From contig OZ287701.1 in the NCBI GenBank assembly GCA_965649825.1, positions 423,101 through 487,100 on the forward strand: a stretch of DNA of 64,000 bases, in the 5' to 3' direction. The translations under genes and the position numbers were made by a program. Each line of letters begins with the position of its first letter. The first letter of the stretch is position 1. Source of the DNA: Penicillus capitatus. Lineage: Eukaryota; Plantae; Chlorophyta. The notes beneath the pieces were generated by a model, which saw only the letters and a program-made list of their open reading frames with translations, was not told the origin of the DNA and did no database searches. Positions 24,520 to 38,108 of the stretch are shown piece after piece.

Positions 24520-27500
24520 CTTGATGGAGCATTCATTGCGCAGCTGTCACGTCGTTCGTGGCACTTCGAGAACTTCATTCTGTCTGCATTTCTGGAAGTC
24601 TGCGCGTCAATGATCTCATGTGCTGTCTGTTACTGCACAGTTTCTGATGTAGGCGTTGACAGACGAATGGCGTTGCAGTTTCGTCGACGCGCTGAACTGG
24701 ATGAAACGGCGCTGGGATAACGCAATAAAACCTCCGGTACCTCAACAAACCTTTTGATACCATAACAACAACCGTTTCTTTTGTTGCCTGAGATAGAAAC
24801 TCGGCAGAAGATCAGAGCACCACTGAACATGAATACGAAGATTCTTGTTGAATTTGAAAAACAAGGAGCAACATGCAAACACAACCATAAACAGCAACAC
24901 ACTGGATGCGCATACACTGCGCATGATGAAGAAAGAAAAAAACCCGTTAAGTAGACTCTTCCAGGTCCCTGACATTAAGTTCAAGACTTTGGCGCAACTG
25001 TTAAAAAACGTACAAGAGACGACCAGAATTCCTCTGTTGTTGTTGCTGATGGAAAGCAGGAATCTTAAGAAGACTTATGCGTTTGACGCGTCATTGAGGG
25101 AAACGAGTTCAGAACGCAGCTTCCAGAATCCACTGGTGTCCCTATCCGCCCGGCCCGATTGCCAGATGACCCAGAGCTTGTGAACCAGCCAGGTGTCTTC
25201 ATTTTCCTCCAGATCGTGGATTCCCTGAAACCGTATCTTCAAGACTTTTGCATACACGTCCAGTATTCTGTGGACGCCTAACCACAGGCGACAAAACAAG
25301 AATCCCATGAAAACAAAGTTCAGGATGGCACAGATGATGGAGAGCATGGATGCTTCTTCGTCGGTGATGAATGTCGCAATGGCATAGACGAAGAGAGCCA
25401 TCAGCAGCGATGTTGCCTCCATCGAGTTGTAACCGATCTTCTTGTTGAGCCATATCCATATCGGAGCCAGTTGTCCAGCGCCAAGCCATCTGAGAGTACT
25501 GCCCATGCAGGAAGGTAGTGTCTTGTGTATGTCTTCGGCGTCAAATGGTTTGATGAAGACATGAATTAAGCAAGACACAAAAATCACAATAAACACCAAA
25601 CCCAGTCTTATGTTCGTCGTCACATTGATCGGCGAGAAAACAATGATGACGAACGACAGAGTTATCGTTCTCATGGCTACGAAAATGTTCCAGTACAGAG
25701 CCAGTCCTGTGGAACGGAGTCCGGAGCACAGGAATCCGTACTTGTGCACAAAATCGACATCCTCCAACAGCTCTTGCTGTTTACCACGGTATATGATGGA
25801 TGCCGAGTAGGCGAGAACGATGAGACAGCATAACAGCAAAGCCAGAGAAAGAATGGACACCCACAAATGAGGCCCCTCCATGTATTTGATGGATGAGTCT
25901 TCCGACCAGATGAAACTGTCGTTCAGGAGATCGTACTGATTGAACTCGTGATCGGTAAGCTTCTCTGGCAGCTTGGCAAAACTGACAACGCGTAACAGTT
26001 CACCAGCGATGTCGATAACGTAAGTGAAAAATCCGAAGAAGAAAATGAACTGGACATGCGGAATCACACCGTCTTCAGTTGATCGATCTCCTCGTCGTTT
26101 GAGTCCGAGCCTCCACAATGCAAACATGAGGACATAGAAAAGAAGTATAAGCACAGGGAAGAGAGTTCGAATCAACAGAATCATCAGTGTCAAGCCTCTC
26201 TCGTGTTCGTGACGGTGTTCATTTGAGAAATTGCATTCGAATGGGTGCAAGCGGATGATGTTGGTCATCCTTCCCACTGCGCCTACGTTCATCGTCGAAG
26301 TGATGAGACTTGGTTAGAAAGGAATAATTTCAGTACTTTGAATACCGAGCATCGCTTTCATGCCTGTTTTCCACCTGAGGCCAAAAGAAAGGGCCAAGCT
26401 GCACAGTTGCATGTAGTTGAACATTATCTAGGAGAACAAAATGACATCAGCAATGCCCCTTTGACGGTAGATTTTCTTACTCCGTAGATCGTCGAGACGG
26501 AGCCCACTGCACTGCTGAAGTCAGGACAATTAGAACCATCCGAGCACTCGCGACATCCGTGCTGATCTGTCTCTGGGTTGGAGCGCGACAACAGTCTGAG
26601 ATCTTGAGCTCTCTGTTCAGAGGTGGAAGGCCCGGCCGCCTTCTCGTCAATCGATTGGATGTCACCGACAAGTTCTGGATGGTCTGCAGGATATTGGGCG
26701 AGTCCCTCGGGTAAAGCGTCTTCAGCTTCCGATGAGCTCATCGAAGACAAGGATGACTTATCCAATCCGAGCGCAATCCTCAGCCTCTGCGAAGCTTGGA
26801 TGGCAAGATCTGTGTGCATGCTTCTCCAGGCCAACCATAACTTGAAAGAAAAAGCAAAAAAGAACACAACTGCAGAAGCTAGGGTCATAAGAACAGATAC
26901 CAAACGGCTGCCGCGGCAGGGCTCGCAATGGCCGCTTACTGATCGTCCGTGTTCTTCGGCGCACGAGGAGCACAGTGTCCCGTTGTATGCATCTGAACAC
27001 TGGGGATAATCTTCTGTAAAGTCTTCCGGCTTTCTGTGGCTTTGGTTCCACGTTCTCAGTTCTTCTGAGACGCGCGTCGTATCTTCATAGTAATCGACCA
27101 GATCCCTTGTTCTGTTCTCTCTTTTGCATGCTTCATCGATGGGACACTTGATCATTCGAGGCGAAAAGGGCGTCGAGTGCCAGTACTCTTCCTCTGGCAC
27201 CAATGCCATGGTTCCAACGCATATTCCATGCTCCTCACACTCTCGGCAGTCGTCTATCGTCGAGAAACTGTAGTACGAGTAGTCGCATCGCGAACAGGTG
27301 GCTTTGTCTTCATCCATGAGCTCTCCGTGTCGACAGGGTTTCGTTTTGAAGACCACAGTCGTCGACAGATTCCTCCCGTCCTTCGAACGAATCCATACCG
27401 AATCATTAATGTTTGCTCCGACCACGTTTGTGTTGCTGATACACACAATCCCGTTCTTAGCAGTGTATTCAGTTGTTCCACTAATGTGTTGAGATTCAAG

Positions 27501-30500
27501 CAATACAGCAAGATCTACGGGTCACGCATGAACCTCGAAGAAGCTGCAGCATGATCTCACCGCTATCTTTGTTTGGCCATTCGATGGTTTCGCCAAAGAT
27601 GTCCCTCACGGAGACACTGATCTCTTTGGCTGAACATTCTGCGTTCTCGTTAACCTTGGAAGAGATGCCCAGAAGATCTCCAGGAGATAATGACAAAGGT
27701 CCATCGACGTTCTCTATCTTCAAAGACGCAGCATCTGTCCCGATGTCATCCTGTCTGCTATTGTTGTTAGTCTAAATGACAATAGAAAAAGTGTGGTCAT
27801 CGAGGTAGGAAATAAACTCACGAGCATGCGATTGTCTGTCACAGTAAGGCATGTTTGATTTCCGAAAACACGTCCTTGGATGACGTCGTCAGCCCGTACA
27901 TCATCATGACAAACATATGCGAAGTTCGATATTGAACCCACATACAAGCCTCCTCCACTGTTTTCGGCGGTGTTTTGGGTCACATTCACCTTAGTGAACA
28001 TCACATGGCGGCAGCGATCATTCGGGGGCACGGCAGGAGGACAAGGAAAATCGCTGAAGTGTGACGGGTCTCCGTGGCTGCCTTCGAGATACATGCCACC
28101 TAGTGCACTTTCTAAGTATGCCCTTCGCGCACGGAGAAAGTACCTCCAGTAATGGCTTTGTTCTTTGACATCGTGATCTCTTCCAGTACCACATTCACAC
28201 GCGATCCACCTCTGGTATTATTAAGTGCAAGGTAGATGCCACCTCCTTTGCCTTGACGACGATCCTCAATATGTAGAAGGTACTGGCCACTCTGTTTCCT
28301 CATGTCGAGCCATGTTTGAACGAGGGAATCGCCATCATCTTCCAGCCATTTCAGTCCGAGTGCTCGGTTGCCTGTCAAATCCCATTCTCGGATCTGAAGG
28401 CAAGAAGAAGTCAGGAGGGACACGGCTGAGTGCTATTTACCTTAATGGATTGAGTCAGTTCGTGTTCGGAACTGATGTAGACGGCTCCGCCGAGCAGAGC
28501 TGCGTTGTTCTCATAGGTAAAACAACTTTGCGTTAGACATTCGTTCTTGATTCCTCCGGCGTTTCTGAGGCATATCGCTCCTCCAATCGAAGCGATGTTT
28601 CGCGTGAAGAGGACATGCGACTGCTGGTTCGAGAACAGACTCCCTCCCTCGAAAGATATGGCACCACCAGCGTTTGTTGCTATGTTCTCGGTGAAGGTAG
28701 TATCACAGAACTCTTGGATTTCGATGCTGCCTGTCATGCAACAGACACACGTTGCACGATGCAAACGTAAAGATGCAACGCACCGCATTGGAGGCAAGCA
28801 ATTGCACCGCCGGTCATGAGAGCGGCGTTAGATATGAAATGCACAGCGTTGGGATTAACCTCGGACACCCCTGGCGGAATCTGAAAGAAGCTTCCTTCTT
28901 GCAGTCCCAGTGCACCCCCCGAAAGAGCATGATTTGATTTGAAAGTGGTCAACTTGACCGTCATACTCGTTCGTCGAAATGCTCCTGCGCCACCGATACT
29001 GCCCGCTCTGTTCTCTTCAAACCAGCAGTGTGCGAACTCGGCAACGCCGCCAATCTTTAAAACGGCGCCGCCTTCTTCCGCTCTGTTGTGGCGCAAGACG
29101 GTCTCACTGCACGTCAAAATGTCGGCAGTCGACATAATGGCTCCTCCTCTGACAGTAGCTGTGTTGTTTGTAAACGTACAGTTATTCACTGTCATCCGAA
29201 CCTCGGCATCGACAGCCCCTCCCTGCTGTCCAGCGCTGTTGTTTTCGAAGGTGCACTTTTCAAACGAGACTCTGTTTACCCAGACGGCGCCCGCTCTCTC
29301 CTCGGCTCTGTTGTTTACCATACTGCAATTGACAAATAACGCGTCGTAGAGACTGAGTGCACCTCCGCGCCTTCCAGCGCTGTTACTCTCCAGATGACAA
29401 TCCACAAAGCTTGCGTTTTTCTTCACATAAACTGCCCCTACATCACGATCGGCCGAATTCCCAAAGAAACGGCAGGCTTTAAAGATCGCGTCGCCACGCA
29501 CTTCCACGGGTTTGTCATTTCCAGCCTTGTTCTTCGTGAACTTGCAATCTTCGAATGTCGCATCTCCCATTACAACAACAGCTGGAGAGTTTCGCCCGGC
29601 AGTGTTGCCATCGAAATCGCAGCCATGGAATGTCGCGTCTTCTTCGACGGTGACGCCAGCACGGTCCGTTTCGGCGCTGTTGTTTGCAATATGGCAATCT
29701 CGCAGTTCTGCATTCCCTGTGATGTAAACGGCACCGAACATTTGTCCAGCTCTATTGTTCTTCATTCTGCAGTTCCGAAAAGTGGCGTTTCGCGCCACGA
29801 GAACTGCGCCTACGTTGATGGCGGTGTTATTCACAATGTCGCAGTCAAAGAAGCTAGCATTGCCCGCGGCAAAGACGCTTCCTACACTTCCGCTGGCGCT
29901 GTTACTTGCAATGCTGCAATGACTGAAAGTCACGGTTCCTTCATCCACAACAACTGCCCCTCCTTCAGCGCCACTGTTTCCCTCAAACTGGCAGTATTGA
30001 AAACTGGCATCGATGTTCGAAGTGTAAACGGCCCCTCCTCTCACAATCGCATTGTTGTTGTGAAATTCGCATCGCTCGGCCTTCACAGGAGCGTTCCGCA
30101 CATCCACAGCACCGCCAGTATCGGCACTGTTGTTTGTGAACTGCGTCTCGCTCAAGATCAACGCGCAGCCCATCCCTGATAGCGCACTCCCTCCTAGTTC
30201 TGGTGGAAGTTGGTTCTCGGCTGGAAGGATTGCAGACGGGACAGTCAATCCCTTCTTGGAGTTGTCTCTGAAAACGCAGCGCTCCATGGCTATCGAGCAC
30301 CCTAGTCAAAATCGCCATAAGGACTGATGATGCATTCAGTCGCTATTCGTACCTGCCGATTGCCAGCCCTCGTCGAAATCGTTCGAAAACGCTGTCCTAT
30401 ATCTGCGTTCGCGTGGTCCGACGGCGAAAGGCCATCGGGATCCCAAGACTTCGATGGCGGTAGCATTCTTGCACCCTCTGAATACCAGAGATTCGATCCG

Positions 30501-32700
30501 AACGTTTCGACAGTTTCTGCGTACAAAGAAACCGACTGTCTCTATAGCGGTAGGCAGCGTCTGCGATGGAGTACCTGATGAAGAAGATGCTCCCTTTGGC
30601 AGGACAGAGGAGCGTCGTCGATGGGCGGACTCCGCGGATGGTGACGTCAGATACGTCTTTGATGACAAGCACCTCCGTCAGTTGCATGGTGTCCAAGTCG
30701 AAGACGATCGTCTGGTTGCTCTGAAGCTGCGCGACTGCCGTCTTTGCCTCTTTAGTCGTTTTGACGTGAACATCTGTCGACGTGGCATGCACGCCCCGGA
30801 TGCCACCTGAGCATCAAAAAGCCATTGAAAGGCGAAACCAAACGGCAAATGCAGCTAGCGCTGCTACAGACTCCGTACAATGGAGTTGCCGTGGAACACC
30901 TCACCTGGGCGGAATAGAAACAGCAAGACCAGAATGTGTACCAACGGCGTCTTCAGCGACAGACGGCATCTTAGCTCAAACATTTCTTCCTTTTAGCGAA
31001 CACTACCGTTCCCTTTGCTGTCGCGAACGAAAAGAGCTTGTGCGGGTAGAACGTGGTGAAATGCGGGGAACAATGCGAACGAACAAACTGTTCAGGCGCG
31101 TCGGGGCGAGATAAAATCATAATCGCTTCACGGATGATGGATTCATGCACGTAGTGGTTGAATGTACTTTGACTGGACGCGTCAATCAACAACGCTGAAG
31201 TCGCGTAAGTGGCACATCGACTGTTGACTGCCACTGAGAAGACAGGTGAGACAAGACCTCTAGAAGATAACAGACGCAACGCCCAAGACAGGCCTCGTGA
31301 ATCTTCGCGTTCTGCTTTTATCGTGTCACGCCTCTCGACGTGCGTCGACACGATCAGATTTCCAGCGGGGCGACCTAACACCAACATCCATGAATTAAGC
31401 TACGCACGCGAATTATCGACGCTGCAACTGCTGACGTCGTCTTCTGCAACTCTTGATCGCTCGACCATGTCGCCTACGACGTCGGCGTAGCACACCGTGT
31501 TGAAAGTGCGTATTGGATGTGAAAATTCCAGAAGAGCTGCTTTCTTTCGCTAGGGAATCCTCATACATCTGAATCTTAGATCACTCTGCGTAAAGAGAGT
31601 TACCCTGCGAAGGTCCTGTCGTGTCGCAAGGTCACACAAACGCAGTTATCGTCATTTCTAAACGTCAAGTCCTTCGCCGCGCTGTAAAGATGGCGTCGAT
31701 GCAGATGATGTTCTGAGCGACAATCGAAACTCCGCCTCTAAGATCCCCACGTCGCTTTCGGCAGACAGTCAGATGACGCAAAGTGCCGCGTACCACAATT
31801 CCAGCTGCTATGCGTTCAGCCTCGCTCTCTTTTGTTTAATCTCAGGTTGGTGATTAACAACCGTCTCCAAAAAGTCAGCTTGCATTCGTGATTTTTCTTG
31901 GCTTGCAAGAAAGAACAGGCGTTTTGGAAACACACACAATCCAGAGATCCACTATTCTTGACATCTGAAGTATATACTCACATCATTGCCACGTACTTAC
32001 GTAATAAATCAAATGAGATAAAAAAGACAGACTCCAATGTGCAACAGGTGAGGTTGGAAAGATCGGAATTCTGCCTCTGACAGCCAGACGATGGATGGAT
32101 TCTTTATTAGATTGAACGAATTCTCGTATTCCAATGCGAGTGAACCGTATCGAATGCCAAACATCTCAGAATCTGCAGACGTCGACTGCAACATTGAGAA
32201 TTGATCCGTCAGTTGGAAAAGAACACGAAACAGTCACATTGCAAGACGTCTGTCACGATGACGACCATCAAAGCTACTGCGCCGAAGATAAGGGAGAGAA
32301 AAGCAGAGGCACAAAAGAACAGCATGAGTGCGACATCCGAACCGTCATTCTCTCTCTCTCCAACTCGTCGCCATTGCACACATAACCGATAGCACACTCC
32401 AAGTTCTCCTCGGACAGAGAAGTGTAACCTCGACAGACGACATCCGAGGAATCGTTCAGTTGAAATTGCAGCAGGACGCCGCCGACGACACTTCCGACGG
32501 CGACAACGAAAACGTAGACCAGAAAGGCGATCAGGGGCTGTTTCCATTTCGGATTTCTTGCATAAAACGAATGATTCCCACGACCCAGACGACAAGCGCT
32601 ATGACGCCAAACGCAATGGAAAGCTTATTGAACGTGGCTCCAACGGGTTCGTCTACTTGTAGACTTCCTCCGATGATGTTGTAGTCCGACGGGTAGGTCT
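24520..32700. repeat. Segmental duplication, unit A (paralogous to about 47875-56130)
   Basis: Colinear high-identity sequence across intergenic DNA, introns and exons of the surface-protein gene and the multipass gene. Confidence 0.93.
25075..30983 (-). CDS. Pmp-like parallel beta-helix, Cys-rich, multi-TM surface protein, copy A
   Basis: Signal peptide MFELRCRLSLKTPLVHILVLLFLF; many GGA(I/V)/FxxN repeats; Cys-rich region (CRHGE..CSRC..CREC..YWH..CPIDEAC..GTLCSSC); C-terminal domain with about 7 or more hydrophobic segments. Confidence 0.85.
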
Positions 32701-32884
32701 CATATAGGCATGGGAAGAGCGTGACCTCGACTCTGTCACCTTCAGACCCAGGACAAGATTCCCGTCCGTCCCCGCGCAACGCACACTGCCAAACTCTCAT
32801 CCTCGACTGCAATCCAGATGTCAGATGCGATAGAAGAAGGGGTTGCAGTTTGCCGGGCGACGGATGACATGCGCGATGTCGCAA
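32107..32884 (-). pseudogene. Multipass membrane protein of unknown function, copy A, frameshifted
   Basis: Paralog of 55573-56620. 1-nt deletion near 32538 (agcccctg versus aggcccctg) gives NGNSP* instead of NGNRPLIAFLVY. Confidence 0.6.
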
Positions 32885-33867
32885 TCGTTCATTTTTCTAG
32901 ACGTCGTTTCATGCGGCAGGCGGACCGCAGTTCGGCGTCAGGTCCGACGAAACTGAACTTATTGAATCTGACGTGGCTCTTTGTACTCAACCGTCTCATG
33001 TGGAAGTAACCTGTGCATATTCTGCTGTCATTGCACTCTCCCAGCTGAGAGCAGTGGCGTGAATCAGAATGACTCTCACTTCAGTGTTCTTGAACTGTCT
33101 TTGTGAGTTGCCAAACGTGCAGAGTGAGTCGCGAAGTGCTGCTTGTGCTCGATGCCTTAAATCCGTGTGTTGTTGTTCTATGCGATCTTCTCTGAAGTAA
33201 CAAAAACACACTCTCCCCGGCCTTGGGCCTCTCTGGACGCATTCTCCTTTCTCCGAGCTCATCTTGCAATCGAAGGTTGACAACTGTGATCGGGCGCGAC
33301 AGTCACGGCCGGCAGATGAACGATCCGCTCGTCGAAGACGTGCAAAGATGTGTAGTGTCCGAGAATCTCTGCACGTGTTTCTTCTATTTCCTCTGCTTGG
33401 CGAGATTCCATGCAATTCGTACAACAGATGAATCGAACGATCGTATCCGTGGAACCGAACTTCTGGACTAGACCTCGATTCTTGATCTCCGTTTTTCGCC
33501 ACAGTCCATGTGCACGTTGCTCAAAACAAAGAGAAGGTCACATCATGCCGGTTACTTTGTTCCTGTACTAGATGAGCGTGCTAGATACATTGAAGGACGT
33601 TAGAGGAGGCGACACAGGAAGAGTAATCGGCTTTGCGGCGTCACTCTCTCCGAGAATCTCGCTTTGTCTAGACAGGATGCAATGCGTCACCCGTTGCATC
33701 GCGATTCCGTTTAGTGAACCGTTTTAGTCAAAACAGAAGATCATTACGTATATTGTCCGTTTACATCTATCATTGCAAACGCCATGGCTATGTGTATACA
33801 CACAGGCCATGTGCGTCTTCTCTCTATGTATGCCCTCCCATACACACATCTCCTGATCGTCGTTTTG

Positions 33868-34386
33868 TCAGAAGCAGTTCATCTGCGTCGCCATATCGAC
33901 TTCGACGACTTCGTCCGTGGCGACCTCGACACGCTCTCGAGACTTGCTCCGACTCGCCCCCCTGCATGACACGTCGCAGATGATGTGACGTCTTTCGACA
34001 TCGCTGTCTTACACTTCTTCGCGTCGCGTCTTCTTTCGGCGCTCCTCTCGGCCGTTCATCGTCTCGAGCGCATCTCCGATTCGCTGCAGGTCACTCTACA
34101 GCGCATAGCATCGTTCGGCGATCCGCGACAAAACCAAGACGCCACGGTCAACGCCATCAACCCCCAGAGAGACGCAAGGGAACGCCGATGCCGTCGACGA
34201 GCGTCGGCGGCGCGATGTTGGAGCATCCGACGACGCTCTCTCCATCCGGATGCGACGCGAACGAACGAACATACGGGGCGACGATACCTGGACGTCCTCC
34301 GGTGTCGCCTGCATTCGAAAGAGGTGTTTGAAGTCGAACGGCAATCCATTGGTCCCCTTCCGCGCGCGCGTTCGACTCTTCGTCAT
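33868..34386 (-). CDS. Small three-exon protein (about 92 aa) with a CRIB-like motif
   Basis: GT-AG introns at 34287-34096 and near 34010-33962 join one frame: MTKSRTRARKGTNGLPFDFKHLFRMQ..SDLQRIGDALE..MATQMNCF*. Confidence 0.5.
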
Positions 34387-34534
34387 GATCGCGAAACGCC
34401 GCTGTCGTTGATGACGTCACAGCGAAATACAATCGATCGTGTCCGAGACAGAGAATCTAACAGCAGCGTCGTTGCAGTACGAAATGACAGTCTTCGGCGT
34501 CGACATGGTCGATCCCGTAAATGACGTACATCTA

Positions 34535-35311
34535 TCAGCTCCATCTCACACCCACAAAGAACCCAGTGCAGAATGACCCCACGCTCGGAACGCCCTGCGC
34601 GTACAACGCTCGTGCACGTGTGATCGTGGCATGAGTTCCTTGCTTGGGCCAGCAGACGCAGGATGCTGCGCGAAGCGACTTGCAGATCGTCCTCGTCGAA
34701 CTTTCCGTCCCCTGTCAGATCCAGCTTTTTCTCGATGACGTCCCAGTGAATGTCCACAACGCCAGCGTACACCAGACCCTGCAGATATCGAGATCTCTCG
34801 ATTTCGACGAGGAAGTTGACACCTGCAGAAGTATGAAACTGAAGCCCACGGCGATGGCCGCCTTCCTTCCAAGGTTCTTAAGCGCAGCGCCGCATGCGAA
34901 ACCGATCATGCCACTCAGACCGACAGACGACAGAAGAGGACCGATCCAGTCCCAAGCTTCGTCCACCGCCTCGTCGACTTGATCCGCTTCGTCGACTGGA
35001 TCCGTCTCGGCAGCTTCTACCGGACGACTCTGAAGCGACGCATGGGCCACGACTGCAACAGACAACCAGTGAAGATGCGAGGGACGACGACCATTCGAAT
35101 CTCCATCTCCTCCGCCGCCTTCGGATTACACGACAGTGAGTGAAGGGCCAAGTTTAAGACTACCTGTCTTTCGTCCCCGTCCCCGACCGCCTCCTCCTGA
35201 TCCCAACGCTCGAAGGCGAAAGGGATTCCTTCGCGGTCGAAGTCGTCGTCGATTTTGAACCGTCGGACAACATAGACGTTCTGACGAGAGGAAGGACGCG
35301 TTCGAGAACAT
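34535..35311 (-). CDS. FUN14-family membrane protein with transit peptide and Gly-rich linker
   Basis: GLSGMIGFACGAALKNLGRKAAIAVGFSFILLQ..YAGVVDIHWDVIEKKL..GVPSVGSFCTGFFVG. Confidence 0.85.
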
Positions 35312-35479
35312 GGTGCTGCTACAAGATCGCGCAAATTTTTTGGACGTGGATGTGCATTCTTGCCTATCATGGTCATTCCTGACGCCGTATGGCCTGTCTG
35401 TATTCGTGATCTCGATTCGATGTCCTTCCGCGGACTTGACAGACGACTAGCGGCCACACCCTGACTCTCACCTCGATCG

Positions 35480-37740
35480 TCATCGTTCGCGCGTCACTCC
35501 GTTGAAGCGCCTGTACCAGCCTCTTCGTCTTCGGTGCATTGACTGCGTGTCTCCAATCCCTTCCTTACCTGCTGTATGTGATTCCACTCGATGTTGCTCG
35601 GTCTGTGTGTGACGAAGAGTGAGAGTGATTCGACATTTGAATGTATCAGCATTCGTGTCCTGTACCCACAGTCTGCTCATGTCTGAGAGATCATTGCATA
35701 AATTGCATGCACGCTTCATCAGCTGGCGATTCCATAACATCTGTTGTTTTGTCTCTCCCGGAGGTTTCTCTGGTTGACTATAAGGCAAAGGCGATACGGT
35801 TTCCGCATCGGACGTAAACCCGAGGACTGTTTTCATGTGTTGATACGAAAGCTGGATGACCCATCTCTAACTGGAGATTCAAGAGTAAGCGATGTCCCCG
35901 GTACAGACGACACAACACGGAGAGCAGGAAAAGAATATTGGTGCCCACGACGACAACGACTGCCAAATGGACAGCGACCGCAGAAACATCCATGTCTGTC
36001 AAGACAATGACAGCATAGAAGACAAACAATAAACAGAGGAGAGGTGAGAGTTCTCGCTCCTCCAGCGGTTGACCTGTTTGTTGCCTTCCACAGTATTCCC
36101 ACGGAAGCAAACCATAGTCGAAATGACAAATACACGGAAGCCGCCACCGTAGCGGAGCGCTCATTCTTTCTCACTGTCAAAGGTCTGAGATCCGTGTGCC
36201 TGATGCAGGATACAGAAATGCGGAAGGATCTGGAGCACTGTATTCGGAAGAGGCTTTCCTACCTATCACAAAAAAGCTGATGCCTCCGCCTTCGTAAGCA
36301 GAATTCCTCTGAGGATGAAAATCGATGCGTCGCTAAGAGAATGAGCCTGAGTGATGTGACCATCACCATCCGAGACGACGATGTCTCCCCCACCAACCCA
36401 GTATTTCGACTCAGTGTCGATTCCATCTATTCTGAACTGCACAGCAGTGAAGGACACAGCATTGCCTTGTTGCAGCGCTATATTTTCTTCAAACAAGGTA
36501 TCGGTCAGATCAAGCAGGGTTTTCGTGTTGGTTTGACTCGTGCAAGACTTCTCCTATGCTGCATGATTCTGAAGCAGATCTTGTATCTGGGACGATTCAG
36601 TTCATATGGAGGTGGACAGTGGAGCGAGAGAAGAAGGCACCTCCAGCAAAGAGTCCTGATCACGAGGATTTCTTGGTTCAGTTTCTGGCGTTGCCGTTCA
36701 ATGAGCTTCGCTTCCTTCCGAAGCAGGTTCTTCGATATCAGAAGGCTGCTGCGTTCCAGAGTTCTGCCATCTTTATCCTGCGGACATGCAACACACAGCC
36801 GTCGATGTAGCTGGTGTTGCTCACAAATCTGACACCTAGCAACGAGTCATGACAACGGCGTTCGCCGCAAGGGTGTAACGTTACCTGCTTAGCTTCAGCG
36901 TCTTCCAGTCCCATTCGCATGTTGCATGCAACTCGCTCGCCGGTTTGAAGAATAGGTCGAGCGTTTCCCTGTCCTTTAACCATCCAACTGCTTGTGCCGC
37001 ACTTACCAGTGACAGGGATCAACCAATGTTGGCCTCATCTGAGCCTCTTTGCCCGTGTTCGCCGACAGACGATGGAAATCAGCTGACTGATTCTTCGAGG
37101 ACTCAAAAGCGCAGGATCCTTCGGTTCCTTCGACATTCTCGTCCCTTGTCCTCTCTTCACGAACAGACAGTATGCCGCAGCGAAGCCTCCATGCTCGGTT
37201 TCGTCGTTCTGCGCTTGAGAATGCTCATTTGCTGACGGCTGGAGAAAGACCTTTTCCACTGTACAGACTTCGACGAAATCTGCGACCATGCACAATTCGG
37301 CGATGCGTTCCTCGGCGATGAAAGGATCTACATCTGCGACGACTGACACTCCGAACCGATACCAAGTGTGTGGTGCATGACTCCGCAACTCACAGGCTCG
37401 TCGCGAAAGTCTGTGGATGTCGCTCCAGGCCCAAGACAGCGAAACCTTCGATTCGGATCATTAGGCGGATCGTTCCGATTTCGCCATCGATCTGTTATCA
37501 GAAGTCTCGTATCTTCCATCTGCGTTTGTTTGTTCACGTATACCGACTGCAAGAAAAACGCGACGCGTTCGTCGTTGCCAGAAAACCAAAGCCTCTCCTC
37601 ATGAAGAATCGTGACACGCGTCGTCTGCAGGACATCGACGAGAGGAACGGCGTGTCGCCGCTCTTTGGGAACATGCGCGAGGGTTGTTTCTTCAGTGCGA
37701 AGCACTTCGAAGGGTCAGGCAGAAACGGCGACCCATGCGA
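35480..37740 (-). CDS. Probable multi-exon gene of unknown function
   Basis: Several exon-like blocks bounded by GT/AG, including a coiled-coil-like stretch (LLRKEAKLIERQRQKLNQEI) and hydrophobic segments. No family recognised and no complete model built. Confidence 0.35.
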
Positions 37741-38108
37741 TTCTGTGAAGACGGTAAGGCCACTCGCTGACGCATCCGTTGCGCCGTCGCGCTGAGCGTT
37801 TAAACTTTCCAGTGTGTGCGTTCGTCGGCTTCCAGCGGAGACGCGTCGACCGGAATCCGTACGACGAAGCCTGTGGCAGACGCGGACCAGATGTTTTTCC
37901 ACAAGGGAAGCTTCAAGAGGACGGGAGCTGTCGACAGCGAGAGAAGCAGACCTCCTCTTCGTGTCAAGGCGAGTGCCGACTGCGCTAAACTCTTTATCCG
38001 AGTCGCGTGTTCTCCATAAGGGCCTACGATCCGGAGAGCGCACATCGAGTCCGAGCCGAGTCAGTGTTTACCCAGTTACGAAAGTAACGAATTCTCTAGA
38101 GAGGACTC

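Noticed and set aside
30971-31620. ORF-like sequence upstream of the surface-protein genes (also 54587-55102)
   Set aside because: Similarity is explained by the recent duplication; frames differ between copies by indels, so coding status is unsupported.
36738-37022. Mur ligase from IPVTGKCGTSSW
   Set aside because: Lacks the GTNGKTT spacing, no other Mur motifs found, and GGTAAG there looks like a splice donor.
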